Part shown: positions 18,343 to 28,120 of the stretch, piece by piece
How the letters are laid out: every line of letters begins with the position of its first letter
How positions within the stretch are numbered: the first letter of the stretch is position 1
Source: an uncultured Maribacter sp.
GTDB lineage: Bacteria; Bacteroidota; Bacteroidia; Flavobacteriales; Flavobacteriaceae
Direction of reading: 5' to 3'
DNA length: 64,000 bases
Assembly (NCBI GenBank): GCA_964507115.1
Contig: CAZDOW010000001.1
Coordinates: 20,806-84,805, forward strand
Program-made: the position numbers and the translations under genes
The notes under the pieces: generated by a model
Told to the model about the DNA's origin: nothing
Databases searched by the model: none
The model's input: the letters and a program-made list of their open reading frames with translations, nothing else

Positions 18343-20703
18343 CTAAAAATCGATTACAACGCCAATACCGGGAATCACTTGTCCTGCTTCTTGTTCTATA
18401 ATTGCTAGGCTTCTCGGTTGAACAATCATACCACTAGGATCTCTAGTTAATCCGTAATCCGGTGGACTAGGATTGTTCTGACTCAATACATTTTGAGCTT
18501 CAATAAAAAGGTTCAAGGCGAATTTTTCAAAATTCCATTTTTTGTCTAAACGGATATCCAACTGACTAAAAATCTCTAGTTTATCATCTCCTAACCTGGA
18601 ATAATCCAAAATAACCTCTGGATAATTCTCTAGGGTTGCATCCAAATCAGCGGGTACAAAAGGAGTTCTACCAGCAAAGCGATATCTGGAACTCAATTCC
18701 CAATTGCGATTAAACTTATAACCGCCAACAAAGGAAACCAAGTGCCTACTATCCCAAACCGATGGGATATAATTACTAGTATCAAAGCCAGTGAACTCAC
18801 TGTAGAAATAGGTATAGGCAAAAATGCCATAGAAGTTATTCGATAATTTTTGCTGAAATTGAAGTTCAGCACCGTAGCTGCGACCTTTCCCTACAGTTTC
18901 AATAGGTTCACTACCTAAAACTTCAAATCCACCTCCTTTATTTGCTAGGGAAACCTCGTCACGTACAGAAACTGGATAATCATCATAACGTTTATAAAAA
19001 CCTTCCACCGAAATACTGGAGGATGGTGTAAAATAATGTTGTAATCCCACAACGAAATGGTCACTCAGGGTATAATCCACATTTTGATTGATTAACTCAT
19101 CTGCATTATTTCTAAAACCCAAAATGGTGTACGGTGGTATTTTAAAATAGCGCCCTACGGAACCGTTTAAACGCCAGTCAGGTGCGAACTCATAGGAGGC
19201 AGACATCCTTGGGGAAAATGTGCTTAGTAAATTATCGTTTTGAGTAAAGGTATCGTCATCCATTCTAAAACCAAAAGAAAGATCTAGCTTGTTATTTACA
19301 AACGAACGGGTAATATTGGCAAAAACACCATACTTTATAAAATCAATATCCGTAGTAAAGACAAGATTGTTTCTAATGTCATTGGTCGTATTGTTGTAGT
19401 CCGAATGTTGCAAATTTAGACCTGTACTCAATTTCCAACCATCAAAAAATTGGGTAAGCTCATAACGAAGTTTTGTTTCTGATTCTCGAGCATCGTTGCC
19501 GAAAATAACCCCAGTTTCATTAACGGGGTCAGAATATCGCGTAAAGTTGTTGTAGAGTGTATTGTTACTTAATGTTGTAAGCATAAACCCATTACCTTCC
19601 TTAAAACGATTACGCCAAGTAACCCCCATAGTGTTGGTGCGTTGTTTAATAAACGGAGTTTGTTCAATTTGAGCTTGTTGCTCTTCGTCAAACTCTTCTG
19701 GTGGACTCACAGAAAAATCATCTATAGATCCTAAACCCAAAAAGGTTAGGGTATTATATTCATCCAACTCATGATTCACTTTGTATTGGTAATCCCAATA
19801 ATCGGGGCGTATGGGCAAACCAATAGCTTGAAAAAGAAACTGTAGATAACTTCGTCGTACAGATGCCAAAAACGTAGTCTTGGAGGCTTCTCCTTGTTGT
19901 TTAAACAAGGGTCCTTCCAAAGTTAGAGCAGCCTCACTTGAACTTAACCTGAAGTTACCAGCAAAGTTCCTAGCGTTACCATTTCGTTGCTGAAACTGTA
20001 ACACCCCAGATAAGGGATTATCATAACGAGCATTAAAGGCAGATGTAGATAGGGTTACATTCTCTATAAAAGATACATTGATAAGACCCACTGGCCCACC
20101 AGCACTTCCTTGGGTAGCAAAGTGGTTGATATTAGGAATCTCCATACCGTCCAAATAGTAAACTGTCTCATTGGGCGCACCCCCACGAATAATTAAATCG
20201 TTTCTAAAACCTCCAATAGAAGGGGATACACCAGGCAAGGTTTGTGCAACCTGAACTACATCATTATTACTCCCGGGATAGGTTGCAATCTCTACTGCGG
20301 AAAGCGTTTGAGTAGACAAAGGGGTCTCCTTAGGCCGCGTAATAATATTGGCATTAGAAAGCACCACTTCATCCAATTGCTCAGCTGCTTCTTCCAGTAT
20401 AAAGTTATAAGTAGGTGTACCCTTAGAACGAACAATAATATTAAACTGTGTTTGTGATCCATACCCTAAATAACTGGCAATTAAATTATAAGAACCCGGA
20501 GCAACTCCTTTAATCTCATAATTACCATCAAAATCGGTCTGGGCTCCCAGTTCGGTTCCTTCCAAAAAAACAGAGGCTCCACCAATAGGCTCTCCAAAAT
20601 CATCTTTAACGCTACCATAAAAGTTTACGGTAACTTGGGCACTGGAATATGTTGTAACCAAAACTAAGACAAGGAGGGTAATTGACTTGATATTTTCGCA
20701 CAT
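18343..20703 (-). CDS. TonB-dependent outer-membrane receptor with N-terminal carboxypeptidase-regulatory-like domain
   Basis: CarboxypepD_reg-like start (GSVKDDFGEPIGGASVFLEG...GNYEIKGVAPGSYNLIASYLGY), then plug and a beta-barrel ending in aromatic ...VVIDF. The track ORF opens at TTG 20760. ATG 20703 gives signal MCENIKSITLLVLVLVTTYSSAQ. Confidence 0.85.
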   Translation of the reverse strand: MCENIKSITLLVLVLVTTYSSAQVTVNFYGSVKDDFGEPIGGASVFLEGTELGAQTDFDGNYEIKGVAPGSYNLIASYLGYGSQTQFNIIVRSKGTPTYNFILEEAAEQLDEVVLSNANIITRPKETPLSTQTLSAVEIATYPGSNNDVVQVAQTLPGVSPSIGGFRNDLIIRGGAPNETVYYLDGMEIPNINHFATQGSAGGPVGLINVSFIENVTLSTSAFNARYDNPLSGVLQFQQRNGNARNFAGNFRLSSSEAALTLEGPLFKQQGEASKTTFLASVRRSYLQFLFQAIGLPIRPDYWDYQYKVNHELDEYNTLTFLGLGSIDDFSVSPPEEFDEEQQAQIEQTPFIKQRTNTMGVTWRNRFKEGNGFMLTTLSNNTLYNNFTRYSDPVNETGVIFGNDARESETKLRYELTQFFDGWKLSTGLNLQHSDYNNTTNDIRNNLVFTTDIDFIKYGVFANITRSFVNNKLDLSFGFRMDDDTFTQNDNLLSTFSPRMSASYEFAPDWRLNGSVGRYFKIPPYTILGFRNNADELINQNVDYTLSDHFVVGLQHYFTPSSSISVEGFYKRYDDYPVSVRDEVSLANKGGGFEVLGSEPIETVGKGRSYGAELQFQQKLSNNFYGIFAYTYFYSEFTGFDTSNYIPSVWDSRHLVSFVGGYKFNRNWELSSRYRFAGRTPFVPADLDATLENYPEVILDYSRLGDDKLEIFSQLDIRLDKKWNFEKFALNLFIEAQNVLSQNNPSPPDYGLTRDPSGMIVQPRSLAIIEQEAGQVIPGIGVVIDF

Positions 20704-20920
20704 AACTTTGTTTAATTTTTTTAAACTAATAATCAACAAAAATAAATACTTAATTACCAAGATTCACCTTAATGAGATGTTAAAATCAGAGATTACTTGA
20801 CTAAAACTATTCTAGTAGAAATTTCCTAACCTTAAACCGTATGTAATGTTTTGCTGTAAACCAGGGAAAAACATGGCATGAGGCGACATGGGTATAGCGC
20901 AAAGCGAATAGTCCATAATT

Positions 20921-22471
20921 TTACCAAGAAATGGGAAAATAATCCTTGAGAAACTTCCCGCACCAGTGCTTTCCTGTATTGATACCATCGAATAAGGGAT
21001 CCATTACCCTAGCAGCACCATCAACAATATCCAAAGGCGGTTGGAAATCGTGTACTTCTTGTTTCTTTTTCGCCAGCTCTGCCGGGTCCTCGTCAGTAAC
21101 CCATCCAGTATCCACGGCATTCATATAAATACCATATTTAGCTAGTTCTCCAGCAGAAGTATGCGTGAGCATATTGAGTGCAGCTTTTGCCATATTGGTG
21201 TGTGGGTGTCTTGCTTCCTTGAAAAAACGATGGAATTTACCTTCCATAGCCGAAACATTTATAATATGTTTCTGCCCTGTGTTCTCTTTTTTCATAAGTT
21301 CTGAAAGACGATTACATAGTACGAAGGGAGCAACGGAATTTACGAGCTGTACTTCTACCATTTCGGTAGTTTCAATAGCACCTAATTTCAAACGCCAGCT
21401 ATTGGTCTTTCTTAAATCTACCTGTTGCAGGTCGGCATCCAATTCTCCTTCTGGAAAAACTTCTTGCGGCACTAAACTTGCATCAAAGCTATATGGAATT
21501 TGGGAAAGCTTAGCGGAAGCACTTAAACCTATACCTGGTTGCGGTCCGTGCCAAGAAACAGGCATATTTTTTTGGGATGAAACACTGGCCGTTATGCCTC
21601 TCAGTTCTTCCAAACAACTTTTATGATTCGCCAATAAATCTTTCGCAAACTTAGGTAGGTTTTCTAACGGTATTTCCTCATTGGCCATTAAATGACTATA
21701 GAACCCAGAAGGCCTGCGAACCGTTTGCGCTGCGTTATTAATGAGAATGTCTAGTTTGTCATAATTCTGTTCAACATAATTACAGAAAATTTCTACACTG
21801 GGTATATGTCTTAAATCTAGACCATGTATGTGTAAACGATGCCCCCACTCCATAAAATCAGATTCCTTTGAAAAGCGTAAAGCAGAATCTATAGGGAAAC
21901 GCGTTGTTGCTATTACAGTCGCTCCACCTCGCAGTAACATAAGGGTAATATGATAGCCTATTTTTAACCGAGAACCTGTAATTACGGCTACTTGACCCTT
22001 TACATTGGCGGTTTGGAAACGTTTTAAATAATTTAAATCGCCACAAGCTGTACACATGGTATCATAGAAATGGTGTAGTGTGTCAAATTTGGCTTTGCAA
22101 ACGTAACAGTCCCTTTCAGATTCTAATTTTAAAATATCTCTTTTTTGTAAATCCGCCGCACTTAGAAGCTTTGGTGCTACAAACACCGTGTTCTCTCTGG
22201 CATACCGTATACCTGTTTGGTTTCTAGCACTCTTATCTTTGGCCGCTTGCTTTCTTTTAGCAGCTTTTTTACCATCCTTAATACGTCTAGAAAATTCTTC
22301 CCTACTAGGTCTTGATAGTTGTCCAGCAGACTTAATAAGTGCGACCCTAAGGTCTTTTGGAATCTCAAATATTTTATCGGTATCACTTACCAAACCTTCC
22401 AAGGTCGCAATACACCGTGTTATTTCCTCAACATCGATCTCAGAATTATTATTAAACTCACTCTTATTCAT
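20921..22471 (-). CDS. Atypical SDR-family oxidoreductase with a basic N-terminal extension and CX2CX14CX2C zinc-ribbon-like motif
   Basis: Rossmann TGSRLKIG and NNAA motifs. Cys122/125/140/143 fall at nt 22043-22108. The active-site region reads SAMEG...[11 protein letters not shown], followed by [11 protein letters not shown]. Confidence 0.75.
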   Translation of the reverse strand: MNKSEFNNNSEIDVEEITRCIATLEGLVSDTDKIFEIPKDLRVALIKSAGQLSRPSREEFSRRIKDGKKAAKRKQAAKDKSARNQTGIRYARENTVFVAPKLLSAADLQKRDILKLESERDCYVCKAKFDTLHHFYDTMCTACGDLNYLKRFQTANVKGQVAVITGSRLKIGYHITLMLLRGGATVIATTRFPIDSALRFSKESDFMEWGHRLHIHGLDLRHIPSVEIFCNYVEQNYDKLDILINNAAQTVRRPSGFYSHLMANEEIPLENLPKFAKDLLANHKSCLEELRGITASVSSQKNMPVSWHGPQPGIGLSASAKLSQIPYSFDASLVPQEVFPEGELDADLQQVDLRKTNSWRLKLGAIETTEMVEVQLVNSVAPFVLCNRLSELMKKENTGQKHIINVSAMEGKFHRFFKEARHPHTNMAKAALNMLTHTSAGELAKYGIYMNAVDTGWVTDEDPAELAKKKQEVHDFQPPLDIVDGAARVMDPLFDGINTGKHWCGKFLKDYFPISW

Positions 22472-22626
22472 TACTAAAATTTTAAGCTAAAACACTATGA
22501 CAGCTATTTACAAATACTGTTTACGGATAAATCACAAAAAACAAACTTATTTCTTTGGCTGACTGGCGTTTATGAATCGATTTTATATTGGACGCGAAAC
22601 TACGATTTTAATAGTCTGGTTAATGG

Positions 22627-22668
22627 AGAAAAAACAAAGAAAAGCGTTCATCCTCATAGATGAATGCT
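22627..22668 (-). terminator. Rho-independent terminator downstream of the OYE-family gene
   Basis: Minus strand: AGCATTCATC-TATGAG-GATGAACGCT (10-bp stem with one G.U pair), followed by TTTTCTTTGTTTTTT. It lies 33 nt after the stop at 22701. Confidence 0.7.
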
Positions 22669-22700
22669 ATAAATCTATAATCTGATGTACATTGTAAAAT

Positions 22701-23795
22701 TTATGCCTCTTTCATAGTTGGATAATCGGTATATCCCTCTTTTCCGGGCGTATAAAATGTATCCGTATCCCAATCCTGCAATTCCGCATCTTGTTTAAAC
22801 CGTTCCACTAAGTCTGGATTTGATATATAAAGTTTTCCAAAGGAAACTAAGTCAGCATTGCCTTCACCAATAATTTTATTTGCTTTTTCTTGGTCAAAAC
22901 CGCCGTTTATCATTAGCGTACCTTTATAAATAGGTCTAAAATGTTTGGCAATATCCCTTACTGCATATGGTACATTGGACACATCTGTAAATGGTTCAGA
23001 AAGATGTATATACGCTAGGTCATAGTCGTTAAGCTTTTCTACTATATATTCAAAGGTTGGAATGGTTTGTTCATCCATTTCCATTCCGAACATTCCGTGT
23101 AAGGAAGGATTAAACCGCGCGCCAATTTTAGTAGATGAAATTTCTTGTTGTACTGCTTCCAATACTTCAAAAAAGAATCGAGCCCTATTTTCAATACTTC
23201 CTCCGTAGGAATCGGTTCGTCTGTTAGATGTAGCATTAAAAAATTGATGGAATAAATATCCGTTTGAAGAGTGAATTTCAACCCCATCAAATCCTGCCGC
23301 CACAGCATTTTTGGTAGCTTTTTGAAAATCGGTAATCGTTTTATCAATATCAGCTTGTGTCATTTCCTTGGGTGTTACGGTATCTTTGAATCCCTCTGGT
23401 GTATACGCCTTTGCATTAGGATTTATGGCAGATGGTGCCAAGGGCAAACCTCCCTTATGAAAATCGGGATGTGACATACGTCCAACATGCCATAATTGGA
23501 TAAATATTTTACCACCGGCATCGTGTACTTTGTCCACAACTTCTTTCCAACCAGCAACTTGCTCTTTTGAATGAATTCCTGCAGTATTAATATAACCAAC
23601 AGCTTCTTTTGAAACCTGAGATCCTTCAGTAATCAATAATCCAGAGGAGGCTCTTTGCGCATAATACACACCATGAAGGTCTTTCAAAGGCTTATTTTCC
23701 TCATTATTGGCCCTATTTCGGGTCAAGGGTGCCATAACTATTCTATTGTTAAGGGTTAAATTTTTGCTTTGATAAGCTTGTAATACGTATTTCAT
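22701..23795 (-). CDS. Alkene reductase / NADH:flavin oxidoreductase (Old Yellow Enzyme family, NemA-like)
   Basis: NRIVMAPLTRNRA, ITEG, IQLWHVGR and GFDGVEIHSSNGYLFHQF are hallmark OYE motifs. Confidence 0.9.
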   Translation of the reverse strand: MKYVLQAYQSKNLTLNNRIVMAPLTRNRANNEENKPLKDLHGVYYAQRASSGLLITEGSQVSKEAVGYINTAGIHSKEQVAGWKEVVDKVHDAGGKIFIQLWHVGRMSHPDFHKGGLPLAPSAINPNAKAYTPEGFKDTVTPKEMTQADIDKTITDFQKATKNAVAAGFDGVEIHSSNGYLFHQFFNATSNRRTDSYGGSIENRARFFFEVLEAVQQEISSTKIGARFNPSLHGMFGMEMDEQTIPTFEYIVEKLNDYDLAYIHLSEPFTDVSNVPYAVRDIAKHFRPIYKGTLMINGGFDQEKANKIIGEGNADLVSFGKLYISNPDLVERFKQDAELQDWDTDTFYTPGKEGYTDYPTMKEA

Positions 23796-23920
23796 TAATT
23801 CCTTATATTTTTAGTTGGATACTGTTTTAAAAGTATACTCTTATGTCCATTGTCCAAAAGAAAATGTTAGTATAAAATTCAAAGTGGGCCAATAATGAGG
23901 TTTATATGTGCCTATCTATT

Positions 23921-24814
23921 TTACAAAAACCTTTGCAAATTATTTTTAAAGAAATTGGCACTATCCGTAATGCTTTGTATGGAATTGTGGGCAAAATTAC
24001 TGCCTTGCTCTAAGTAGTAAAACTTCAATCCTGAGGTGTCCAATGTGGGAAGTATTTCAAGGTAATCTATAGAACCATTGCCTAACTCGCTATAATCGCG
24101 TGTAAGCTTATCCATATCCTTAATGTGCCACATTACAAAACGCTCAGGGGCCATTGCTATTAGCTCCTTAGGAGTCTTTTGAGAAGAATGTACTGCCCAA
24201 TACAAGTCCAGTTGTAATTTTACTAAAGTTGGATCGGTACCACTAACAATGATATCAAACCCAGTACTTTCTCCATAGTTGTGAAATTCAAAATCATGGT
24301 TGTGGTAGGCAAAACTTAAACCAGCTTTATTTACTTGTTCGCCAATACGGTTCAGTAAGTCTGGTAAGTGTTCAAAAGTTTTACGGTTTCTGTATTCCGG
24401 TGCCATCCAAGGCCAAGTAATGTAACTATTGTTTAGTGCGAGTGCCCCTGTTATACAATTGTCTACAAATTTGTCCAGTTTGTCTTTAGAAGAATAGACA
24501 TAGTCAGTGAAACCATAATGACAACTAGAGGAGGATAAACCTAAATCATCTAATACACTTTTAAACTCGGTAGCTTTGTAGCCATAATACGCAATGTTTT
24601 TTGCATCAAAGCCATAGAGTTCCAAATCTTCATACCCTAAGGATTTTACGATTTTTAAACTACCAATGAGGTCCTTTGCCATGGCATCCCTAATGGTAAA
24701 TGCCTGAAGTCCCATTTTATACTTTGGCTTTTCTACCACTGAAAATAAAGGTGTTGGCAATAAACTAGCAGACAACAATAATCCTGAATTTTTAACAAAG
24801 GTCCTTCTTTTCAT
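23921..24814 (-). CDS. Sugar phosphate isomerase/epimerase (xylose isomerase-like TIM barrel) with Tat signal
   Basis: Twin-arginine signal MKRRTFVKNSGLLL. Also carries AP-endonuclease-2/TIM-barrel-type motifs (LELYGF, YHNHDFEF, WHIKD). Confidence 0.75.
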   Translation of the reverse strand: MKRRTFVKNSGLLLSASLLPTPLFSVVEKPKYKMGLQAFTIRDAMAKDLIGSLKIVKSLGYEDLELYGFDAKNIAYYGYKATEFKSVLDDLGLSSSSCHYGFTDYVYSSKDKLDKFVDNCITGALALNNSYITWPWMAPEYRNRKTFEHLPDLLNRIGEQVNKAGLSFAYHNHDFEFHNYGESTGFDIIVSGTDPTLVKLQLDLYWAVHSSQKTPKELIAMAPERFVMWHIKDMDKLTRDYSELGNGSIDYLEILPTLDTSGLKFYYLEQGSNFAHNSIQSITDSANFFKNNLQRFL

Positions 24815-24945
24815 CTATTCTACTTTTATTAGATTAACTAGAACTTACCAGCCTGTGTAATCTTTCACATATGAAAAATAATACATTAATTTTTGCTTTG
24901 CAGAGTCTAAAACTAAATTTTCGTTTAAAGTTCTCATTTTCAGCT

Positions 24946-25527
24946 TTACAAAATGTTTTTTAGTTGAATATATTGCAGGAGCATTATCGTTTTACCGTCC
25001 TTAATAGCACCACTTTCGACCATTTGAATCGCTTTATCAATTTTCATCTCTAAAACTTCGATTTCTTCCTGTTCGTTATCGGCTCCTCCACCTTCGCTGA
25101 TTTTCATCGATTTGGTGTATTCTGCAATGAAAAAATATACAATTTCCGTAACCGAACCTGGGGACATATACGCTTCAAAAATCTTTTCAACGGCTGAAAT
25201 CTTATAGCCAATCTCCTCCTCGGTTTCTCTTTTAATACAATCTTCCGCATTATCCTTATCTAACAAACCCGCACAAGATTCAATAAGCATTCCAGAATCA
25301 TTACCATTTAGATACGTTGGAACTCGGAACTGTCTCGTAAGAATCACAGTTCTATTTTGTCTATTATACAAAAGAATTGTAGCACCATTACCCCTATCAT
25401 AAGCTTCTCGGTTCTGGACTTCCCAATTACCATCCTTCTTTTGGTATTCGAAAGTAACTTTCCTTAGGGTGTACCAATTATCAGAAAGAACTTGGGTCTT
25501 TAGGTTTCGGACTTTATTATTCTGCAT
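24946..25527 (-). CDS. nudK: GDP-mannose pyrophosphatase, NUDIX hydrolase
   Basis: Collinear with E. coli NudK as I recall it: ILSDN.(Y/F)TL, REVYDRGNGATILLYN, LIESCAGLLD, the Nudix box E.EEE.GY, YMSPG.VTE..(H/Y)FFIAEY and IRDGKT..LL. Confidence 0.85.
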   Translation of the reverse strand: MQNNKVRNLKTQVLSDNWYTLRKVTFEYQKKDGNWEVQNREAYDRGNGATILLYNRQNRTVILTRQFRVPTYLNGNDSGMLIESCAGLLDKDNAEDCIKRETEEEIGYKISAVEKIFEAYMSPGSVTEIVYFFIAEYTKSMKISEGGGADNEQEEIEVLEMKIDKAIQMVESGAIKDGKTIMLLQYIQLKNIL

Positions 25528-25876
25528 TTGGTATTTCTTTCAAATTATAATAGATTTTCAAACCTAGCTCTTGGGCTATCTTCACATCTTGGTCTGCACC
25601 TTTAGAAGCGCCTTCTATTCTCAAAATTGCATCACATTTTGACAATAATCTGTGTGCACTTGGGTATTGGATTTCATTAAAAATAGCATCCCCAATTTCT
25701 CTTGAGCCCGCAAGCGCTATCAATGGATTTGCTACCCACTCGCCAATCATTGGAATATGCCCTTTGCGAAATATTGGCAACGAAACGGCTTCTAGTCTGT
25801 CCATATTTTTTTTAATAAGCTTTAGGTCGTTGTTCGTTCCGCTTCGGTAAGGCCCAGCAATTAATATTAACATCAT
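25517..25876 (-). CDS. Conserved hypothetical protein (small Rossmann-like; possibly DUF4406 / nucleoside 2-deoxyribosyltransferase-like fold)
   Basis: 119-aa ORF starting MMLILIAGPYRSG and ending ...SKGADQDVKIAQELGLKIY. Its stop overlaps the nudK start by 11 nt. The fold assignment is from memory and weak. Confidence 0.5.
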   Translation of the reverse strand: MMLILIAGPYRSGTNNDLKLIKKNMDRLEAVSLPIFRKGHIPMIGEWVANPLIALAGSREIGDAIFNEIQYPSAHRLLSKCDAILRIEGASKGADQDVKIAQELGLKIYYNLKEIPNAE

Positions 25877-25944
25877 ATCTCTTATTTTTGATAAAGAACG
25901 TGAATTGTTTGATCTTAAAAATTAAGATAGTTTAAGATTCAATA

Positions 25945-26514
25945 CTACTTCCTTTTGACGGAACTTAAAAATTCTGGAGTCACTCCAAGATAAGATGCTA
26001 TTTGTTTCTGTGTTACTTTTTCGACTATTTCAGGGTAATTTTCAATGAACTGCCGATATCTTTCCTCTGTAGTAAATGATATATTATGGAGTGCCCTTAA
26101 TTGTTCACGTATATATGCATTTTGGAACAGAATTCTGAAAAAACGCTCTAACTTTGGTATTTTATGATAAAGTTTTTCAAGTAAATAATAATCCCATTCT
26201 ATTATCTTACTATCCTCAAGTGATTCTATAGATAATAGTGCTGGTTTTTGATTTACAAAACAATTCATATCTGTAATCCACCAATCTTGAACGGCAAACA
26301 TGATCGTAGATTCTTTCCCATCACCATTAACATTGAAAGCCCTTAAACTACCAGATTCAACAAAATATAACTTTTTGCACATTTTTCCTTGTTCCAGAAT
26401 AAGCTCTTTCCTATGAATATGTCTCACCGTCAAAGAAGATATTAACTGCTGTTCTTCAAAATCACTTAGCAAAATATGTCTTTGAATATTCTTTAATAGT
26501 TGATAATCATTCAC
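25945..26514 (-). CDS. Crp/Fnr family transcriptional regulator (cNMP-binding domain + C-terminal HTH)
   Basis: 189 aa with a beta-roll segment (KLYFVESGSLRAF) and HTH TQKQIASYLGVTPEFLSSVKRK. The first codon is GTG (plus-strand CAC at 26512-26514). The next in-frame Met is at residue 45. Confidence 0.8.
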   Translation of the reverse strand: MNDYQLLKNIQRHILLSDFEEQQLISSLTVRHIHRKELILEQGKMCKKLYFVESGSLRAFNVNGDGKESTIMFAVQDWWITDMNCFVNQKPALLSIESLEDSKIIEWDYYLLEKLYHKIPKLERFFRILFQNAYIREQLRALHNISFTTEERYRQFIENYPEIVEKVTQKQIASYLGVTPEFLSSVKRK

Positions 26515-26707
26515 AGACGGAAAATATGTTATAGATTAATTTAGATAAGTTCATCAAAACCTTAGTACTTTAAATCACCACAATTTAATACACTGCACAT
26601 ACGAATTCATAGGCTAGGATATGACATGCAATAAACAAACGGGCTTCAGGATAAAATTCAGATTTTGCTTCGTTAACTTTAAATTACACCTATAAAATTA
26701 GTGAAAT

Positions 26708-27961
26708 TTAAACAATGATTGATTCATTAATAGTTTCAATAACCGCGTGTGCTGCCATTTCTCCGCTCACCATTGCAGCATTAAGGGAACCATTTAGAAG
26801 TTGATCACCTGCTAGAAAAGTGCAGGCTGTTAGCCTAGTCTCGGAGGGTGCCAGTTCATACTGAATATTGGATAGATCTGGTAGTGCCCTTTTAATCAGA
26901 TACCTTTTTAAAAAAGTTACACCAACAATATCACATAAAGAAGCTAGCTCATCTGTGATTTTACGCACCAGCTCTTCTTCATTAAATTGGTGTGATTTTA
27001 CTACTGTTACCGATAGCAATTGGTCAACTCCGGAATGCTCCATGGGTAATGAAGAATGATAAAAAATATTATTTATAAGGGCATCTGAATTTGTAATAAG
27101 ACCAATCAAAGGATTTTGAATTGTCCTTTTCTTTATCGTGAAATATAGTGTGTCGCAAGATTTCCAATCTACTTCCTGATTTCTTAGATTAGGCACCAGA
27201 TGGGATGCTTCAGTCGCAATTATAGTATAATCTATAATCTCTTCCTTTCCATTACTAAGTATCAATTTTTCATCGGTACAGGCGACAACTTTACTTTTAT
27301 ATATGATTTTTGTTTTTGTTAATTTGGATACCAACTGTTTTGGAATTGCCTCTATACCTGCTTTAGGAAGCACAGCTTTACCGGTTCCAAACATTTTGTA
27401 AACGAACTGAAACATTCTAGACGAGGTGCTTAAATTGGCCTCTAAAAAGATACCGCTAAAAAAAGGAGTAAAAAAATCACTAATAATCTCCTCGCTAAAC
27501 CCTTTGTCCTTCAAGTACGTTAATGTAGTAGTTTCCCGAGCGTCGAAAATAGTATCTATTGCCTTTTTGTTTAGCTCTAGGTTTAATTTGAAAATCTTTA
27601 ATTTATCACCAAAGGTTCCTATCCCCGATAGGAGTGTTGGAAATAATAAAGAAATACTTCTTAACGGATCTCCTAACGTTACGTTCTTCCCATTTTTAAA
27701 TAGTGTTGCTCCGGGAAGAAATTTGCTTAACTCTAAACTAGCATAGTCCAAATGCTTTTGTGCCATAGGATAGGCATCCAATAAAACTTGAAAACCGTGA
27801 TCTAGTTGATAACCGTCTACAATATCTGTTTTAACACGCCCTCCTGCCCTATCGGATGCCTCGTAGATAGTTGGGGAATAGCCCTTAGATTCTAATACTT
27901 TGGCGGCAATTAACCCACTTATTCCAGCGCCAACTATAGCGATTTTTGTATGCTTTTTCAT
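26708..27961 (-). CDS. NAD(P)/FAD-dependent oxidoreductase (amine oxidase / phytoene-desaturase-like)
   Basis: N-terminal dinucleotide fold KIAIVGAGISGLIAAKVLESKGYSPTIYEASDRAGGRV. Confidence 0.75.
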   Translation of the reverse strand: MKKHTKIAIVGAGISGLIAAKVLESKGYSPTIYEASDRAGGRVKTDIVDGYQLDHGFQVLLDAYPMAQKHLDYASLELSKFLPGATLFKNGKNVTLGDPLRSISLLFPTLLSGIGTFGDKLKIFKLNLELNKKAIDTIFDARETTTLTYLKDKGFSEEIISDFFTPFFSGIFLEANLSTSSRMFQFVYKMFGTGKAVLPKAGIEAIPKQLVSKLTKTKIIYKSKVVACTDEKLILSNGKEEIIDYTIIATEASHLVPNLRNQEVDWKSCDTLYFTIKKRTIQNPLIGLITNSDALINNIFYHSSLPMEHSGVDQLLSVTVVKSHQFNEEELVRKITDELASLCDIVGVTFLKRYLIKRALPDLSNIQYELAPSETRLTACTFLAGDQLLNGSLNAAMVSGEMAAHAVIETINESIIV

Positions 27962-28120
27962 AGTTGTAAAAATAAGAAATGTATGGCTTTATCGTATGAA
28001 ACCTGAAGTAATTTACCTCTAAAACCAAGAGGTGATTTTATAAAGTTTAAGGTGAAAAAAAATGGTAGAAAAAGGGTGTTAAAAATGAGTTTACCTCGCT
28101 AAAGGCGATAGGCTATGCTA

